Source of the DNA: Squalus acanthias
Taxonomy: Eukaryota
DNA: 64,000 bases
Direction of reading: 5' to 3'
NCBI GenBank assembly: GCA_030390025.1
Contig: CM059438.1
Location: forward strand, 66,838,001 to 66,902,000
The position numbers and the translations under genes were made by a program. A model generated the notes under the pieces. That model ran no database searches and was not told the origin of the DNA. It worked only from the letters and a program-made list of their open reading frames with translations. This document shows, piece by piece, positions 46,452 through 59,510 of the stretch (position 1 is its first letter; every line of letters starts with the position of its first letter).

Positions 46452-47320
46452 GGGCTGGATTTTACCAGCCCTGAGGAGGCGGGTTTGGAGGCAGGACTGC
46501 TGGGAAAATCCCAAAAAATGGGAGCGGGTCCCAAACCCGCTCCCAACCCACCTCCAACCAATCTACCCGGGAGTCAGGTCCCTGATTTGCGCAGGGACCC
46601 GACTCCTAGCAGGGGGAAGAGGATTATAGCCACTTAAGTGCCTGTTAACAGGTAGTTAACAGGCAGTTAAGAGGCTTTTTCCAATTTTTTGAGACTTCTG
46701 CTGCGGGCTTCCCAATGTCGGGGATCCCCGCCAGGGTAAGTGAGGCATGCTGTGGGTCTGTTGTTATGTTGGTGTTTGGATGACAGCTGCAGAAGTGGTG
46801 TGAAGGATGCAATGGGACAATGGTTAGTATCAGAGGTAAGGAAATATTGTGAAAGTTATTTTTAATGTAGTTAGATGTTTCTGCAGGTGACAAGCTGTGA
46901 AGTGTTTGTGTAGCCTCATCTCATCGGTAGAAGTGACAGATGGCTTCTGCAATCTCAGCTGCAGCTGCCATCTGTTTTAACCTGAGGAGAGAGTAATTGG
47001 AGTGCCTGGGTGCAAGGGCTCACCTTTTGACAGTGATTGTCAGTGTTTGACAGCACCTCAATTCTGTCAAACACTGACAATTCATCTGTCAAACAAGTGA
47101 GGTGCATATGCCTTTAAGAAAACCGGCAGATGAAGCGTCATCAACTGACGTCATCTAACACCAGCTTTCCCTTAATTGGCCGGCAAGCCCACAGGGCGGG
47201 CTTAACAAGACTAATCAGGGCAAAATAGTGTCTGTTCGTCAGACGTCACTGGGGGTGGGACTAGAACCTGGAAGGCAGCAGTCCCGCCCCCGACTCATCT
47301 CGGTAAGTAAAATCCAGCCC
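46452..47320 (+). mobile_element. PIF/Harbinger-type MITE
   Basis: Perfect 14-bp TIR GGGCTGGATTTTAC and TSD CAG. Confidence 0.92.
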
Positions 47321-48576
47321 CAGATTTCAGAACCATCCCTTACATCTGGGTTCCACAATGGATAACATCCTTATAAATTGAACCACTGGGGAGCATAAAT
47401 CAGTGCTTTGAATGGGATTGTGTTTCTGCTGAAGTGTTGACTTTTATTTTTGTCCGTGTCAAAAAAAAATTCATGACATTTTACGCAAGTTACAGCGCCT
47501 CAAGATAGAATTACCCCTTTTGTGAGCTGATGTGTTGTGTTCCATGTACACTGATTTTCCATATTTTCTTTACTTCTTGGGATTGAATAGGAATTTTCTG
47601 TGTAGAAATGAGATCCCTGATATCTAGACCCTCAATAAACCAAACCCACTGGATCAAAGCCACACCTCTACTCATCACAAGGTAACCACGTACAAGGAAG
47701 TTTGTTCAGCCCAGTTTAGCAAATCTGACCAGAAAGAAAAATCTTTCTTTCCCCATCGCAACATCCAGTTAGCTCTTAACTGGCTCTAAAGTATTTGCCT
47801 CCCCAACTGAGGCCTGAAAGTTTACTCCAAATGTTGATTACTTTTGTGTGAATTAATTCTTCCTGGCGTCAGTCCGAAGTTTCTCTTTCGCCAGTTTAAA
47901 CCTATAGCTCCTTGGCCTCCTGTTATCATTGATGTTGAAGCTGTGTCTTCAAAGAGATTCCATATAAGAGTTGCAGAATCCCCAAATCCTACAGCACTTG
48001 GAACAGTCATGATCCTGATCAAAGAAGAGGCAGGATCTCTATTCTCAGTCTACCACAATAAGATGTATTTATAGCAACATTTCATGCCAGATAATTTGAA
48101 GTTTTTCACTGTTGAGCTTTGCCAGTACTTTTTAAGAAGCATTACTTGCATCAATAATATGGGGAAGGAATTATTGGACAATGTGAATGTCATGTTGAAG
48201 TTCTGTTACTGCAGTGCTGATGTCAGGAAGGCATGAATTAATCTAATCAGAGACCTTGCTGGACCATGAATAATCTTTTGTGGATGAAATTTTTATTTCA
48301 AACTTTATGTTGCTGGGGATATTAGAGTCAGTGTGGCACACTGGCCAGGCTATCATCAGCACCTCTTGTAACTCTCTGCCTGCAGGCTCCAGAGACCATT
48401 CGGGTGTCATTCTCCCCTCTGATTTTCTCTGTCCCCTACTGGGATCCACCACTTGACACTCAGGGCAGAACACAATTCAGGACCCGATCAGAGAAGAACG
48501 TCACGGTACTGATTGTTAGAATCAACTGTATCACTCTAATGTATCATTTATTTTCACCTATACAAACTAATCTTAA

Positions 48577-49045
48577 GAAAGAAAGACTTGCATTTATATT
48601 GCACCTTTCACGACCACCGGACGTCTCAAAGAACTGTACAACCAATGAAGTACTTTTGGAGTGTAGTCATTGTTGTAATGTGGGAAACACAGCAGCCAAT
48701 TTGTGCACAGCAAGCTCCCACAAACAGCAATGTGATAATGACCAGATAATCTGTTTTTTTTACATTGATTGAATGATAAATATTGGCCGGGACACCAGGG
48801 ATAACTCCGCTGCTCTTCTTCAAGATAATGCCATGGGATCTTTTACGTCCACCTGAGAGAGTAGACGGGGCCTCAGTTTAACGTCTCATCTGAAAGACGG
48901 CACCTTCGACAGTGCAGCACTCACTCAGCATAGCACTGGAGTGACAGCCTAGCTTTAATGTGTTCAAGTCCCTGGAGTGGGACTTGAACCGATGACCTTC
49001 TGACTCAGAAGCAAGTGTGCTACCCACTGAGCCACAGCTGACACT
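48577..49045 (-). mobile_element. DeuSINE (SacSINE1-like), full length
   Basis: A box TGGCTCAGTGG, B box GGTTCAAGTCC, Deu core, (TCTT)n tail. Confidence 0.92.
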
Positions 49046-49347
49046 GAAAAATACACATAGAAAGAGAGAAATATAAGAAACATAAGAAATAGGAACAGGA
49101 GTAGCCCATACTGCCCCTTGAGCCTGCTTTGCCATTCAATAAGATCATGGCTCATCTTCGACCTCAACTCCACTTTCCCACCCGATCCCTTGGTTCCCCT
49201 GGAGTCCAAAAATCTATCTGTCTCAGCCTTGAATATACTCAACGACTCAGCATCCACAGTTCTCTGGGGTAAAGAATTCCAAAGATTCATAACCCTCTGA
49301 GTGAAGAAATTTCCCCTCAACTCAGCCCTAAATGGCCGAGCCCTTAT

Positions 49348-52300
49348 TTTTTTTTAATTCACTTATGGAATCTGGGCATCGCTGGCAAGGCCAACATTTG
49401 TTGCCCATCCCTAGTTGCCCTTGAGAAGGTGGTGGTGAGCCACCTTCTTGAACTGTTGCAGTCCGTGTGGTGAAGGTACTCCCACAGTGCTGTTAGTTAG
49501 GGAGTTCCAGGATTTTGACCCAGCGACAATGAAGGATCGGCGATATACTTCTAAGTCAGGATGGTGTGTGACTTGGAGGAGAACTTGGAGGTGGTAGTGT
49601 TCCCATGCGCCTGCTGCCCTTGTCCTTCTAGGTGGAAGAGGTCGCGGGTTTGGGAGGTGCTGCCGAAGAAGCCTTGGTGAGTTGCTGCAGTGCATCTTGT
49701 AGATGGTATACACTGCAGCCACGGTACGCTGGTGGTGGAGGGAGTGAATGTTTAAGGTGGTGGATGGGGTGCCAATCAAGTGGGCTGCTTTGTCCTGGAT
49801 GGTGTCGAGCTTCTTGAGTGTTGTTGCAGCTGCACTCATCCAGGCAAGTGGAGAGTATTCCATCCCACTCCTTACTTGTGCCTTGTAGATGGTGGAAAGG
49901 CTGTGGGGAGTCAGGGGGTGAGACACTCGCCGCAGAATACCTAGCCTCTGACCTGCTCTTGTTGCCACGGTATTTATGTGGCTGGTCCAGTTAAGTTTCT
50001 GGTCAATGGTTACCCCCAGGATGTTGATGGTGGGGGATTCGGCAATGGTAATGCCATTGAATGTCAAGAGGTGGTGGTTAGACTCTCGCTTGTTGGAGAT
50101 AGTCAATGCCTGGCACTTCTGTGGCGCGATTGTTACCTGCCACTTATCAGCCCAAGCCTGAACGTCGTCCAGGTCTTGTTGCATGCGGGCTTGAACTGCT
50201 TCATTAGCTAAGGAGTTGTGAATGGCTCTGAACACTGTGCAGTCATTAGCGAACATCCCATTTCTGACCTTATGTTGGAGGGAAGTTCATTGATGAAGCA
50301 GCTGAAGCTGGTTGGGCCTAGGACACTGCCCTGAGGAACTCCTGCAGCGATGTCCTGGGGCTGTGATGATTAACCTTCATTCACCACAACCATCCTCCTT
50401 TGTGCTAGGTATGACTCCAGCCAGTGGAGCGTTTTCCCCCTGATTCCCATTGACTTCAGTTTTACGAGGGCTCCTTGATGCCACACTCGGTCAAATGCTG
50501 CCTTGATGTCAAGGACAATCACTCTGACCTCACCTCTGGAATTCTGCTCTTTTGTCCATGTTTGGACCAAGGCTGTAATGAGGTCGGGAGCCGAGTGGTC
50601 TTGGCGGTGTAGGTGGTTTGCTTTGGTGGTTCGAATCACCCCTCCTACTTAGTTCTATACGTCAGGAATTACGGTGAACAGGATTGGGACAAAGACAAGC
50701 TTTTCAGACTCAACCGTACGGTGTTTAATAAGGTTAACACACACACCCGCCTCCAGTACGTAAAATGCCTGGTGGCGTAAAACAAACAGTACAACAATAC
50801 GACTTGGCCCATCGAACAGGCCCCTGTCTCGTATTAAGACGCCTAAAATCACACTGTGTTGCAATACAGAGTATAACATGGACTTGTCCCACAAACCCTG
50901 GAACATACACTATATAATATACACAGAACCTCCCCACTAAACCACTCTGGCTTGGTTGGGACACACAACACCCCCTCACACAGTAGCGGTGGTCTTAAGG
51001 ATGCGTGGGCTTGGACAATGCTCACCCCGATTGTCCGTTTTCTTGCTCGCTGCTCCCCTGTGTAGAGCGTGTCTCCTGGTTCCGTATCGCCGATGCAGTA
51101 TCCAAGTCCCAGTTTCGAGGTTTGTTCCTACAGTCGAAGAGCAAGGCGAGGCTCTTGTCGCTCATGGTGGTTTTGAGCAAGCGAGAGAGAGAAAGAATGA
51201 GAGAGAATGGCCAAAGCTGCCTTCTCTATATCACTGTGTAGTTGCTTTTTAATCACCCTTCTTTGTCTTCTTTGTCTGGTTTCCCGCCTTTCGGGGCTAT
51301 CCCATCTAGGTGCTGGTGTTAATGGCAGATGATGGGCCGCACTTCTCACCTGATCCTGGGTTAAGTGGCTTCCCATTAATTTGCAATGCCCCTCTTTTGT
51401 CCGGTTCCCGCCTTTCGGGGTTATCTCATCCAGGTGCTCGTAACCGTATGAGTCACCTCCCCGGACCAAATTGTCTTCCCAGAGAATTCTGTTTGCCCAG
51501 ACATTCTCCCACAATTAGTTTGTAGGCCTGGCTGGAATCTCCTGTCCATCACGAACACCTGGGTCCCTCCCATCTTCTCCAAAAGGCAGTAACAAATCAG
51601 CAATAATCGTCATTCAAAATGTCCGATACAAAAAAAAATCCTTGGGGCCTGCATTGATGCTTACAGCGGAACCCAAACTGGACATCAGTGAGCAGGTTAT
51701 TGGTGAGTCAGTGCCGCTTGATAGCACTATCGATGACACCTTCCATCACTTTGCTGATGATTGAGAGTAGACTGATGGGGCGGTAATTGGCCGGGTTGGA
51801 TTTGTCCTGCTTTTTGTTGACAGGACATGCCTGGGCAGTTTTCCACATTGTTGGATAGATGCCAGTGTTGTAGCTGTACTGGAACAGCTTGGCTAGAGGC
51901 GCAGCTAGTTCTGGAACACAAGTCTTCAGCACGATAGCCAGGATGTTGTCGGGGCCCATAGGCTTTGCTGTATCCAGTGCGCTCAGCCGTTTCTTGATAT
52001 CACATGGAGTGAATCGAATTGGCTGAAGACTGGCTTCTGTGATGGTGGGGGACCTCGGGACTAGGCCGATATGGATCATCCACTCAGCACTTCTGGCTGA
52101 AGATGGTTGCAAACGCTTCAGCCTTGTCTTTTGCACTCACGTGCTGGGCTCCACCATTGAGGATGGGGATATTCGTGGAGCCTCCTCCTCCAGTTAGTTG
52201 TTTAGTGGTCCACCACAATTCACGACTGGATGTGGCAGGACTGCAGAGCTTTGATCTGATCCGTTGATTGTGGGATCGTTTAGCCCTGTCTAAAGCATGC

Positions 52301-52730
52301 TGCTTCCACTTTTTAGCATGCATGTAATCCAGTGTTGCAGCTTGCCCAGGTTGGCAACTCATTTTTAGGTACGCCTGGTGCTGCTCCCGGCATGCTCTTC
52401 TACACTCCTTATTGAACCAGGGTTGATCCCCTGGCTTGGTGGTAATGGTAGAGTGAGGGATATGCTGAGCCAAGAGGTTACAGATTGTGGTGGAATACAA
52501 TTCTGCTGCTGCTGATGGCCCACAGCGCCTCATGGATGCCCAGTTTTGAGCTTCTAGATCTGCTCTGAATCTATCCCATTTAGCACGGTCGTAGTGCCAC
52601 ACAACACGATGGAGGGTGTCCTCAGTGTGAAGACGGGACTTTGTCTCCACAATGACTGTGCGGTGGTCACTGCTACCAATGCTGTCATGGACAGATGCAT
52701 CTGCAACAGGTAGATTGGTGAGGACGAGGT
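49348..52730 (-). mobile_element. 5'-truncated copy of the 29187-type LINE, split by a solo LTR
   Basis: ORFs of 188, 142, 89 and 281 aa colinear with 30090-32385. Confidence 0.92.
50608..51665 (-). mobile_element. solo LTR, 1058 bp
   Basis: TGTAGG...CTTACA termini and 4-bp TSD GCGG, splitting the LINE motif GFR/QDHS. Confidence 0.88.
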
Positions 52731-52819
52731 CCTGAGACTATGGCCCCTAGTTCTAGACTCTTCAGTCCAGAGAAACAGCCTCTCAGCATCTACCCTTTCA
52801 AGCCCTCTTAGAATCTTAT

Positions 52820-53525
52820 GGGGGCAAAATTGGTTTGCGTCACCTTTGGGGCACTATCTTCGCCGGGGCGCTACTTTTAGCACCCCGAAAATATTAGCAC
52901 CCCCACGCCCAAAATTCACTGGTAGCACCCCGCCTCCGTCTTGGGGCGCTGCGAGAGAATATCGTGGCACTATGGGCCACGGTACTGCAGGCCTTCCTCC
53001 CCTTATTAAAGGGGAGGGGTCTAGCGCAGTGTGACCCGGGGCCCAGCTGGGCCACCAGGGATCGGAGTGCTGGCAAAAGAGCCCGGCACTCAAGAGATGT
53101 ACCGGGCTTACGGAGCGCAGCCGGCACCCCGTGGGGGGCTTCACAGGAGGCCGGGGCCAGCAACGGGGGCAGGTGCTGGCAGGCGGCCAGCAACAAAAAT
53201 GGCCGCCTGGCAGCTCCCCTTTAATTTGCGCTGCCCAGGCCACAGGTAGGCTCCCTTGACCCTGTTGGACATAGCGTCCGACTGTGAGTCAGGGGGCGCT
53301 ACCGAAGATCGCGGCCGGGGCACGAGCGGGGCGCTGCGCACGGTGATGACGTCATCGCCAGAGGCACAGTGCCGCGGTCCGCTAACAGTTATCGCCGCCG
53401 CTAACCTCCACTGAATTTCGCGAGAGGCGTTAGTGGCGCCGCACCTGGGTGCTAGTTGCTTTACGCCCCGTTAGTGCCCTCTTAGGGCGCTAACGGGAGG
53501 CGCAAATCAACCAAACTTTTGCCCC
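52820..53525. mobile_element. non-autonomous relative of the 11006-15239 Harbinger
   Basis: TIRs GGGGGCAAAATT / AACTTTTGCCCC, flanks TAT/AAT. Shares GGCGCTAACGGGAGGCGCAA and a TGACGTCA near the right end. Confidence 0.88.
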
Positions 53526-54033
53526 AATATGTTTCAATAAGATCACCTCTCATTCTTCTAAACTCCAGAGAGTATAGGCCCATTCTTCTCAATCTCTCCT
53601 CATAGGACAACATTCTTATCCCAGGAATCAATCTAGTGAACACTCATTGCACCCCCGCCAAGGCAATTATATCCTTCCTTCGTTACAGAGACTAAAACTG
53701 TACACAGACCTCCTGGTGCGGTCTCACCAAAGCCCTGTACAATTGCAGCAAACTTCCTTACTCTTATACTCTGATCCCCTTGCAATAAAGGCCAACATAC
53801 CATTTGCCTTCCTAATTGCTTGCTGTACCTGCATGTTAACTTTCTGTGTTTCATGTACAAGGACACCCAAATCTCTCTGAACCTCATGTTTAATAGTTTC
53901 TCACCATTTAAAAAAAATCTGTTTTTCTATTCTTCCTACTAAAGTGAATAACCTCACATTTCCCCACATTATACTCCATCTGCCACTTCTTGCTCACTCA
54001 CTTAACCTGTCTATATCCCTTTGCAGACTCTTT

Positions 54034-54774
54034 GGGCGCGATCTTGCCAGCCCTGGGGAGGCGGGTATGGAGGTGGGACTGCCGGGAAAATGGCAGAATA
54101 TGGGGGCGGGTACCCATCCCGCCCACAACCCGCCTCCGTGCAATCTTGCCAGGAGGCGGGTAGCCAACCTGCGCCGGGTCCCATCTCCTCGGAGGCGGGA
54201 AGGGGATTACAGCCACTTAACTGCCTGTTAACAGGTAGTTAACAGGCAGATAAGAGGATTATCCCCATTTTACCCACACTGGTGCGGGCTTCCTGAAGGC
54301 TGCGAACCCCGCCAGGGTCACCGAGGCGAGCAGTGGGTCTGCGGGGGTCGGAGGGGTCCAAAAGTACGCTGTGAAGGTAAGTGATGGGTGCACGTGTGGA
54401 GAGGTGAGTATGTGAGGTAAGTGGAAAGTGTAAGAAAAAGTTTACTTACCTTTGTTTCTTCCTGCAAGCTTCAATCGTTGGGTATGTGGAGATTCTTGCA
54501 TCACCGCAGCAGAGATGACCGATGGCTGCTGCATTCTCCAATGCAGCAACTATCTAATTTCTGCTAAAGAAAGAGGTTTGATGAGTCTTGAATTCAAGAA
54601 CTTATCAAACTACAGAGAATATCATAGTTTGACAGTTTCACAGAGCTGGGCGGGCTTAACAAGGTCAATCAAGGGAAAATAGAGTGGGTTAGCCACAAAT
54701 CGATGGAGGCGGGACAACGACCCGACAAGCAGAAGTCCCGCCTCCAATGCGCCCCCATTGGCAAAATCGCCCCC
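54034..54774 (+). mobile_element. PIF/Harbinger-type MITE
   Basis: TIR GGGCGCGATCTTGCCA / TGGCAAAATCGCCCCC. Removing it restores the CR1 sequence. Confidence 0.88.
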
Positions 54775-56265
54775 CTTGTGTCCTCCTCACAGTTTACTTT
54801 CCCATGTAGCTTTGTATCATCAGCAAATTTGGATACATTGCTCTCAGTCCCTTCATCTAAGTCATTAATACAGATTGTAAATAGCTGAGTCCCCAGCACT
54901 GATCCTTGCGGCACCCCACTAGTAATAGCTTGGCACCTGAAAATGACCCGTTTATTCCTACTCTCTATTTTTTGTCCTTTAACCAATCCTCTATCGATGC
55001 TAATATATTGCCCCCAACCCCTTGAGTCCTTTCCTTCCTTTTATGTGGCACCTTATCGAATGCCTTTTGGAAATCTAAATATACTGCATCCACTGGTTCC
55101 CCTTTATCTACCCTGCTAGCTACATCCTCAAAAAATCCTGACTGATTTGTCAAACACGATTTGCATTTCATAAAACCATGTTGACTCTGCCTAATCATAT
55201 TATTATTTTCTAAGTGCCCTGTTACCACTTACTTAATAATGGATTCCAGCATTTTCCCAATGACTGATGTTAGGCTAACTGGCCTGTAGTTCCCTGTTTT
55301 CTCTCTCCCTCCTTTCTTGAATAGCGGGGTTACATTTACTACCGTAAAAATCATGAAAAATGGACAGGAACTGTGGGAATGGCATCAATGGAAAAACAGC
55401 AGCTGAACTCCAGACCAAAAAATGTTTGTTAATAGCGGATGAGATTTGTTGACTATTTTGAATTACTTTTGCTCCATGTTGCTCTGTATTTTTTGTCAAG
55501 CTTTCATTTGAAATCGGGTAAACATGGTCTTAGCAGGTGCCTCTAGAAATGACAGCAATGACAACATAAATTCCTGCAGCCAAAGAGCACAATTACCAGT
55601 GTGGGAAGTTTAGTGCTGGCCTTTCACTCATAGTTAAGTTACACACAGCTTGATCAGTCTGACTTTTTATTTCTGAACTTGTCTATATTGCAGTGATCAA
55701 ATGCAGCTACTTGCCCTTTCATCAGAGGAAGTTAGTTCTTAAAAGAAACAAAATTCACCTCAGATACAGGCGGCGAGCTAATTACCGAGATAGGAAAAAA
55801 ACTGAAACATGCCACAACGGGTCAGATTCACAAATTAAGAAGCAATGGATTGATGAACCTTGCAGTGTGAATAAAAAATTGGCAACTTGTGCTCCTCTCC
55901 CCTCCAAAGCCGGAGAGTTGTGCTCTGCCGATCAGTTTGTGAGTGGAATTTTTCATCAGGAAGTGCACTCGGATCTCTAGCCAGTGTTGGCTGCTGTACT
56001 TGCATTAACCCAGCAATCAATTGGCTCTGACAAACTCAGTGGGACTTTGGAAAGCTTCACCATTACCAGTGACTGCATCAGGTCAGTAACGTTTGCTCTC
56101 CCGGGTCACATTGTTATCCATCAAACCATTCTGGGAAGTATATCACACGGGTACTCATCAAAGTGGCAAGGATAGTAAGAAGATATTTTATTGTAAGTGT
56201 TATGTGCAATTAGTTATGAGTTGCATAAACTGCGTTGCTTTTGGCTGGAGGGCCTTAGAACCAAT

Positions 56266-56494
56266 TGACATGAATCTTGTCATTCATGTGGAAATGACTT
56301 ATGAAGTAATACTGGGCGGCCTGCTGGTGGCACTGTTCAGGGAGAGTATAAATACTCGGGCATGGGCCCAGCTTGCTCAGGACATTCCTTAACAGGAACT
56401 AGTGAAGGACACAACTAGATCTCCATGTTGAAAAACAGTTGATTAAAGCTTTGTTTAACGCTTAGACCAAGTGCCTAGTAGTTTTCTTACGTCA
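56266..56494 (+). mobile_element. solo LTR, same family as 6717-6933
   Basis: TG..CA, 5-bp TSD CCAAT, TATAAATA, ATTAAA. Confidence 0.92.
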
Positions 56495-56495
56495 C

Positions 56496-56656
56496 CAATG
56501 TTCCCTCTAATTTTTTTTTTTCCGGCTGCTCGCCCCCATTAACGGGCTGCGCGGCCCATTCAAAAATCTGCACGTGCGCGGTTTTTGAATTTAAAAGCCG
56601 GTGAGCCGGCTGCGCGGGAGCGCCAGCTCATGCCGCACAGCTTAAAGGGAACATTG
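56496..56656. mobile_element. hAT-type MITE (left TIR hit by the solo LTR)
   Basis: TIR CAATGTTCCCT / AGGGAACATTG and perfect 8-bp TSD CTTAGAAC (56254-56261, 56657-56664). Confidence 0.88.
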
Positions 56657-57104
56657 CTTAGAACCCATTTGCACAAAGTGTTTTTTGGTCTTGAAAGAAA
56701 TATAGCAAATGTTAAAGGAGGAGGTCTCTGTGTCAACAGGAGTCAAGGCATTCTAGATGCATCAGCGTGAGCAATGAGCATCATTGGCAATATGTGCACA
56801 GTGATTTCTTGATCTGAATCTTGTTTTAACTATGTAGCTGTCAGTTCAATTCAATCTATTACCAATGTATGTTCAGCCAACTCAACCACCACAAAACTGT
56901 ATATGGACACATAGGTCTCCAAGGGCAGGGGATAGTTAGTGTTGCCTGTACTGGAACCAATTCTAAAGTTTAAGATGACTAAGTCAATAAATTTGGAACA
57001 GCAATAAAAACATGTCTTTATTTTCCAGTTTCCGCTGTCCACTCAACACTGAAGAGAAAGGCCATTCCAGAAACATGGCGATAATCCAACTGAGATAACA
57101 ATGT

Positions 57105-57260
57105 CAATGCTGGAAATCTGAAAAGAAAACAGAAAATGTTGGAAAGACTCAGCAGGTCAGGCAGCAGGTATGGAAAGAGAAGTTCAGATGAAAGGTCAGC
57201 AACATTAACTCTGTTTCTCTCTCCGCAGATGCTGCCTGACCTGCTGAGTGTTTTCAACTT
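57105..57260. mobile_element. decayed inverted-repeat element, probably Penelope-like
   Basis: ACTCAGCAGGTCAGGCAGCA / TGCTGCCTGACCTGCTGAGT arms. Half-copies at ~58665-58730 and ~60410-60476. Confidence 0.55.
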
Positions 57261-57579
57261 AGCTTCTTATTGGCAAAGTATTTGAAATGTGTGACAGATT
57301 GGTACGTAGTCTGTTCCTGTTCATTCACCTGCAACTGAGAAGCTACATTTTTCAAGTCTTGAATACTTGGTTGCCATTTTTATTCCAATTTCTCCCCTTT
57401 TTTTTCTTTCCTTCTCACCTCTCGAGAATATGTTGTTATGCCTGAATGTGGTTCCAGGGCTGCGATGATGCTGATATGGCCATTCTTCATATATGTGCCC
57501 TGATAGTGAATGTTGATAGATTTGGGGACCATCACAGCCAACCCAAATGCGGTCCTCTCCCTGTGTCCACACAAATGTA

Positions 57580-57690
57580 TTTCCTACATTATAACAGTGA
57601 CTACACTTCAAAAGTACTTCATTGGCTGTAAGACGCTTGGGACGTCCTGAGTTCGTGAAAGGCGCTATATAAATGCGAGTCTTTCTTTCT
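57580..57690 (+). mobile_element. DeuSINE 3' fragment
   Basis: Tail match. A further fragment lies at ~63300-63390. Confidence 0.8.
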
Positions 57691-58119
57691 AGTGGGGGTT
57701 ATTGGATAGTGAGATGGAGTGGGAATCAACACAATCAGTGGGGACATTATGAATGCTTTCCGTTGGAATTGTCCTCTCCTTAGTTACTTGTCTCTGTCAT
57801 GTTTTGCAGTATTTGATATTTTCTTTTGCTTCATGGGAAGGATTTTGGGATCGAGTTATGTTTAATTGTTGTATTTTAAAACAAAGTGAATTCACTTGTG
57901 CCATAGTTTTGCTCTGTTTCATCATTTTTATGTACTGAGATACCTAGGTGAAAGGCCATGGTTCATGGTGTAGTAAGACTGTGGTGGAAAATGAGGTAAA
58001 TCGGGGAGTGATGACAAGGTGCTGCTAATCTTGGACTTTAAAAGCCTGCAGGAAAATGGGGAAGAATGAGGGAGGTAAAGAATTCCACAACTTAGAGCTC
58101 TTGGAACAGAATAGGAAAT

Positions 58120-59510
58120 GTAACAACAACAACTTGCATTTACGTAGCACCATTAACATAGTAAAACATCCTAAAGTGCTTCACAGGAGTGCAAATCAGA
58201 CAAAAATTGACACCAAGCCAAGGAAGAAGACATTAGGCCAGGTGACCAAAAGCTTGGTCAAAGAGGTAGGTTTTAAGGAGCGTGTTAAAGGAGGAGAGAG
58301 AGGTGGAGAGGTTTAGGGTTCAGGACATAGACAGCTGAAGGCATGGCTGCCAGTGGTGGGGCGAAGGGAGTCGGGCGATGCACAAGAGGCCAGAGTTGGA
58401 GGAACACAGATTTCTCGATGGTTGTAGGACTGGAGGAGGTTACAGATATTGGGAGGGGCGAGACCATGGTGGGATTTGAACAGGAGGAAGGGAATTTTAA
58501 AATTGAGGGGTTGCTAGACTGGGAGCCAATGTAGGTCAGCGAGCACTGGGGTGATGGGTGAACATGACTTGGTGCTAGTTAGGAGATGGGCAGCAGAGTT
58601 TTGGATGACCTTAAGTTTATGAAGGGTGGAAGATGGGAGGCCAGCCAGGAGAACATTGGAATACAATAACAAAATACTGCGGATGCTGGAAATCTGAAAT
58701 TACAACAGAAAGTGCTGGAAACACTCAGCATCGAGGAGAGGAATAGTTGAGTCTGGAGGTAAGAAAGGCCTGGATGAGAGTTTCTGCAGCAGATTAGCTG
58801 AGGCAGGTGTGGAGACATGCGATATTATGGAGGTGGTCTTGGTGATGAAGGGGATATGGGGGTCGGAAGCTCAACACAGGGTCAAATAGGATGTTGAGGC
58901 TGTGGACAATCTGGTTCAGCTTAAGACTGTGGCCAGGGCAGGGGATGGAATTAGTGACTAGGGAATGGAGCTTGTGGTGTAGGCTGAAGACAATGGGTAC
59001 GGTCTTCCCAATTGGAGGAAATTCCGTCTCATCCAGGACAGGGATGTCGGAAAAGCAGATTGACAACACAGAGGCAGTGGAGGGATCGAGAGAGGTGGTA
59101 AGGTAGAACTGGGCGTCATCAGAGTACATGTGGAACCTGAGGTGTTTTTAGATGATGTCGCCGCGTGATGCGGTAGCGTGTATATGTAAACTGGGAGGCG
59201 GCCAGGGATAGATCCTTGGGGGACTCCAGAGGTAACAGAGCAGGGGCGGGAAGAGAAGCCATTGCAGAAGATTCCCTGGTGATGACTGGATAGGTAAGAG
59301 TGGAACCAGGTGAGAGCAGTCGCAATCAGCTGTACCTCGGAAGAGAGGTGTTGGAGAAGGATGGAGTGGTCAACCATGTCAAAGGCTGCAGACAGGTCGA
59401 GATGGATGAGGAGCGATAGGGCACCATGGTCACAGTCACAGAGGATGTCATTTGTGACTTTGATTAGGGTCGTTACAGTTCTGTGGCATGAGTGGAAACC
59501 TGATTGGAAT
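58120..59510 (-). mobile_element. L2 LINE RT-3' fragment
   Basis: QSGF..H.T.T.LIKVTNDIL, LDLSAAFDMVDH, GVPQGSI, YSDDAQFY and a (TTG)n tail. Confidence 0.9.

Larger units (their letters stand above)
49068..55340 (-). mobile_element. CR1 (RT to 3'UTR) fragmented by a LINE and two MITEs
   Basis: Pieces 49068-49347, 52731-52819, 53526-54033 and 54775-55340 join colinearly ([25 protein letters not shown]). Confidence 0.9.

Noticed and set aside
57180..57215. Second hammerhead ribozyme
   Set aside because: The core is decayed (CAGATGA) and there is no stem II/GAAA.
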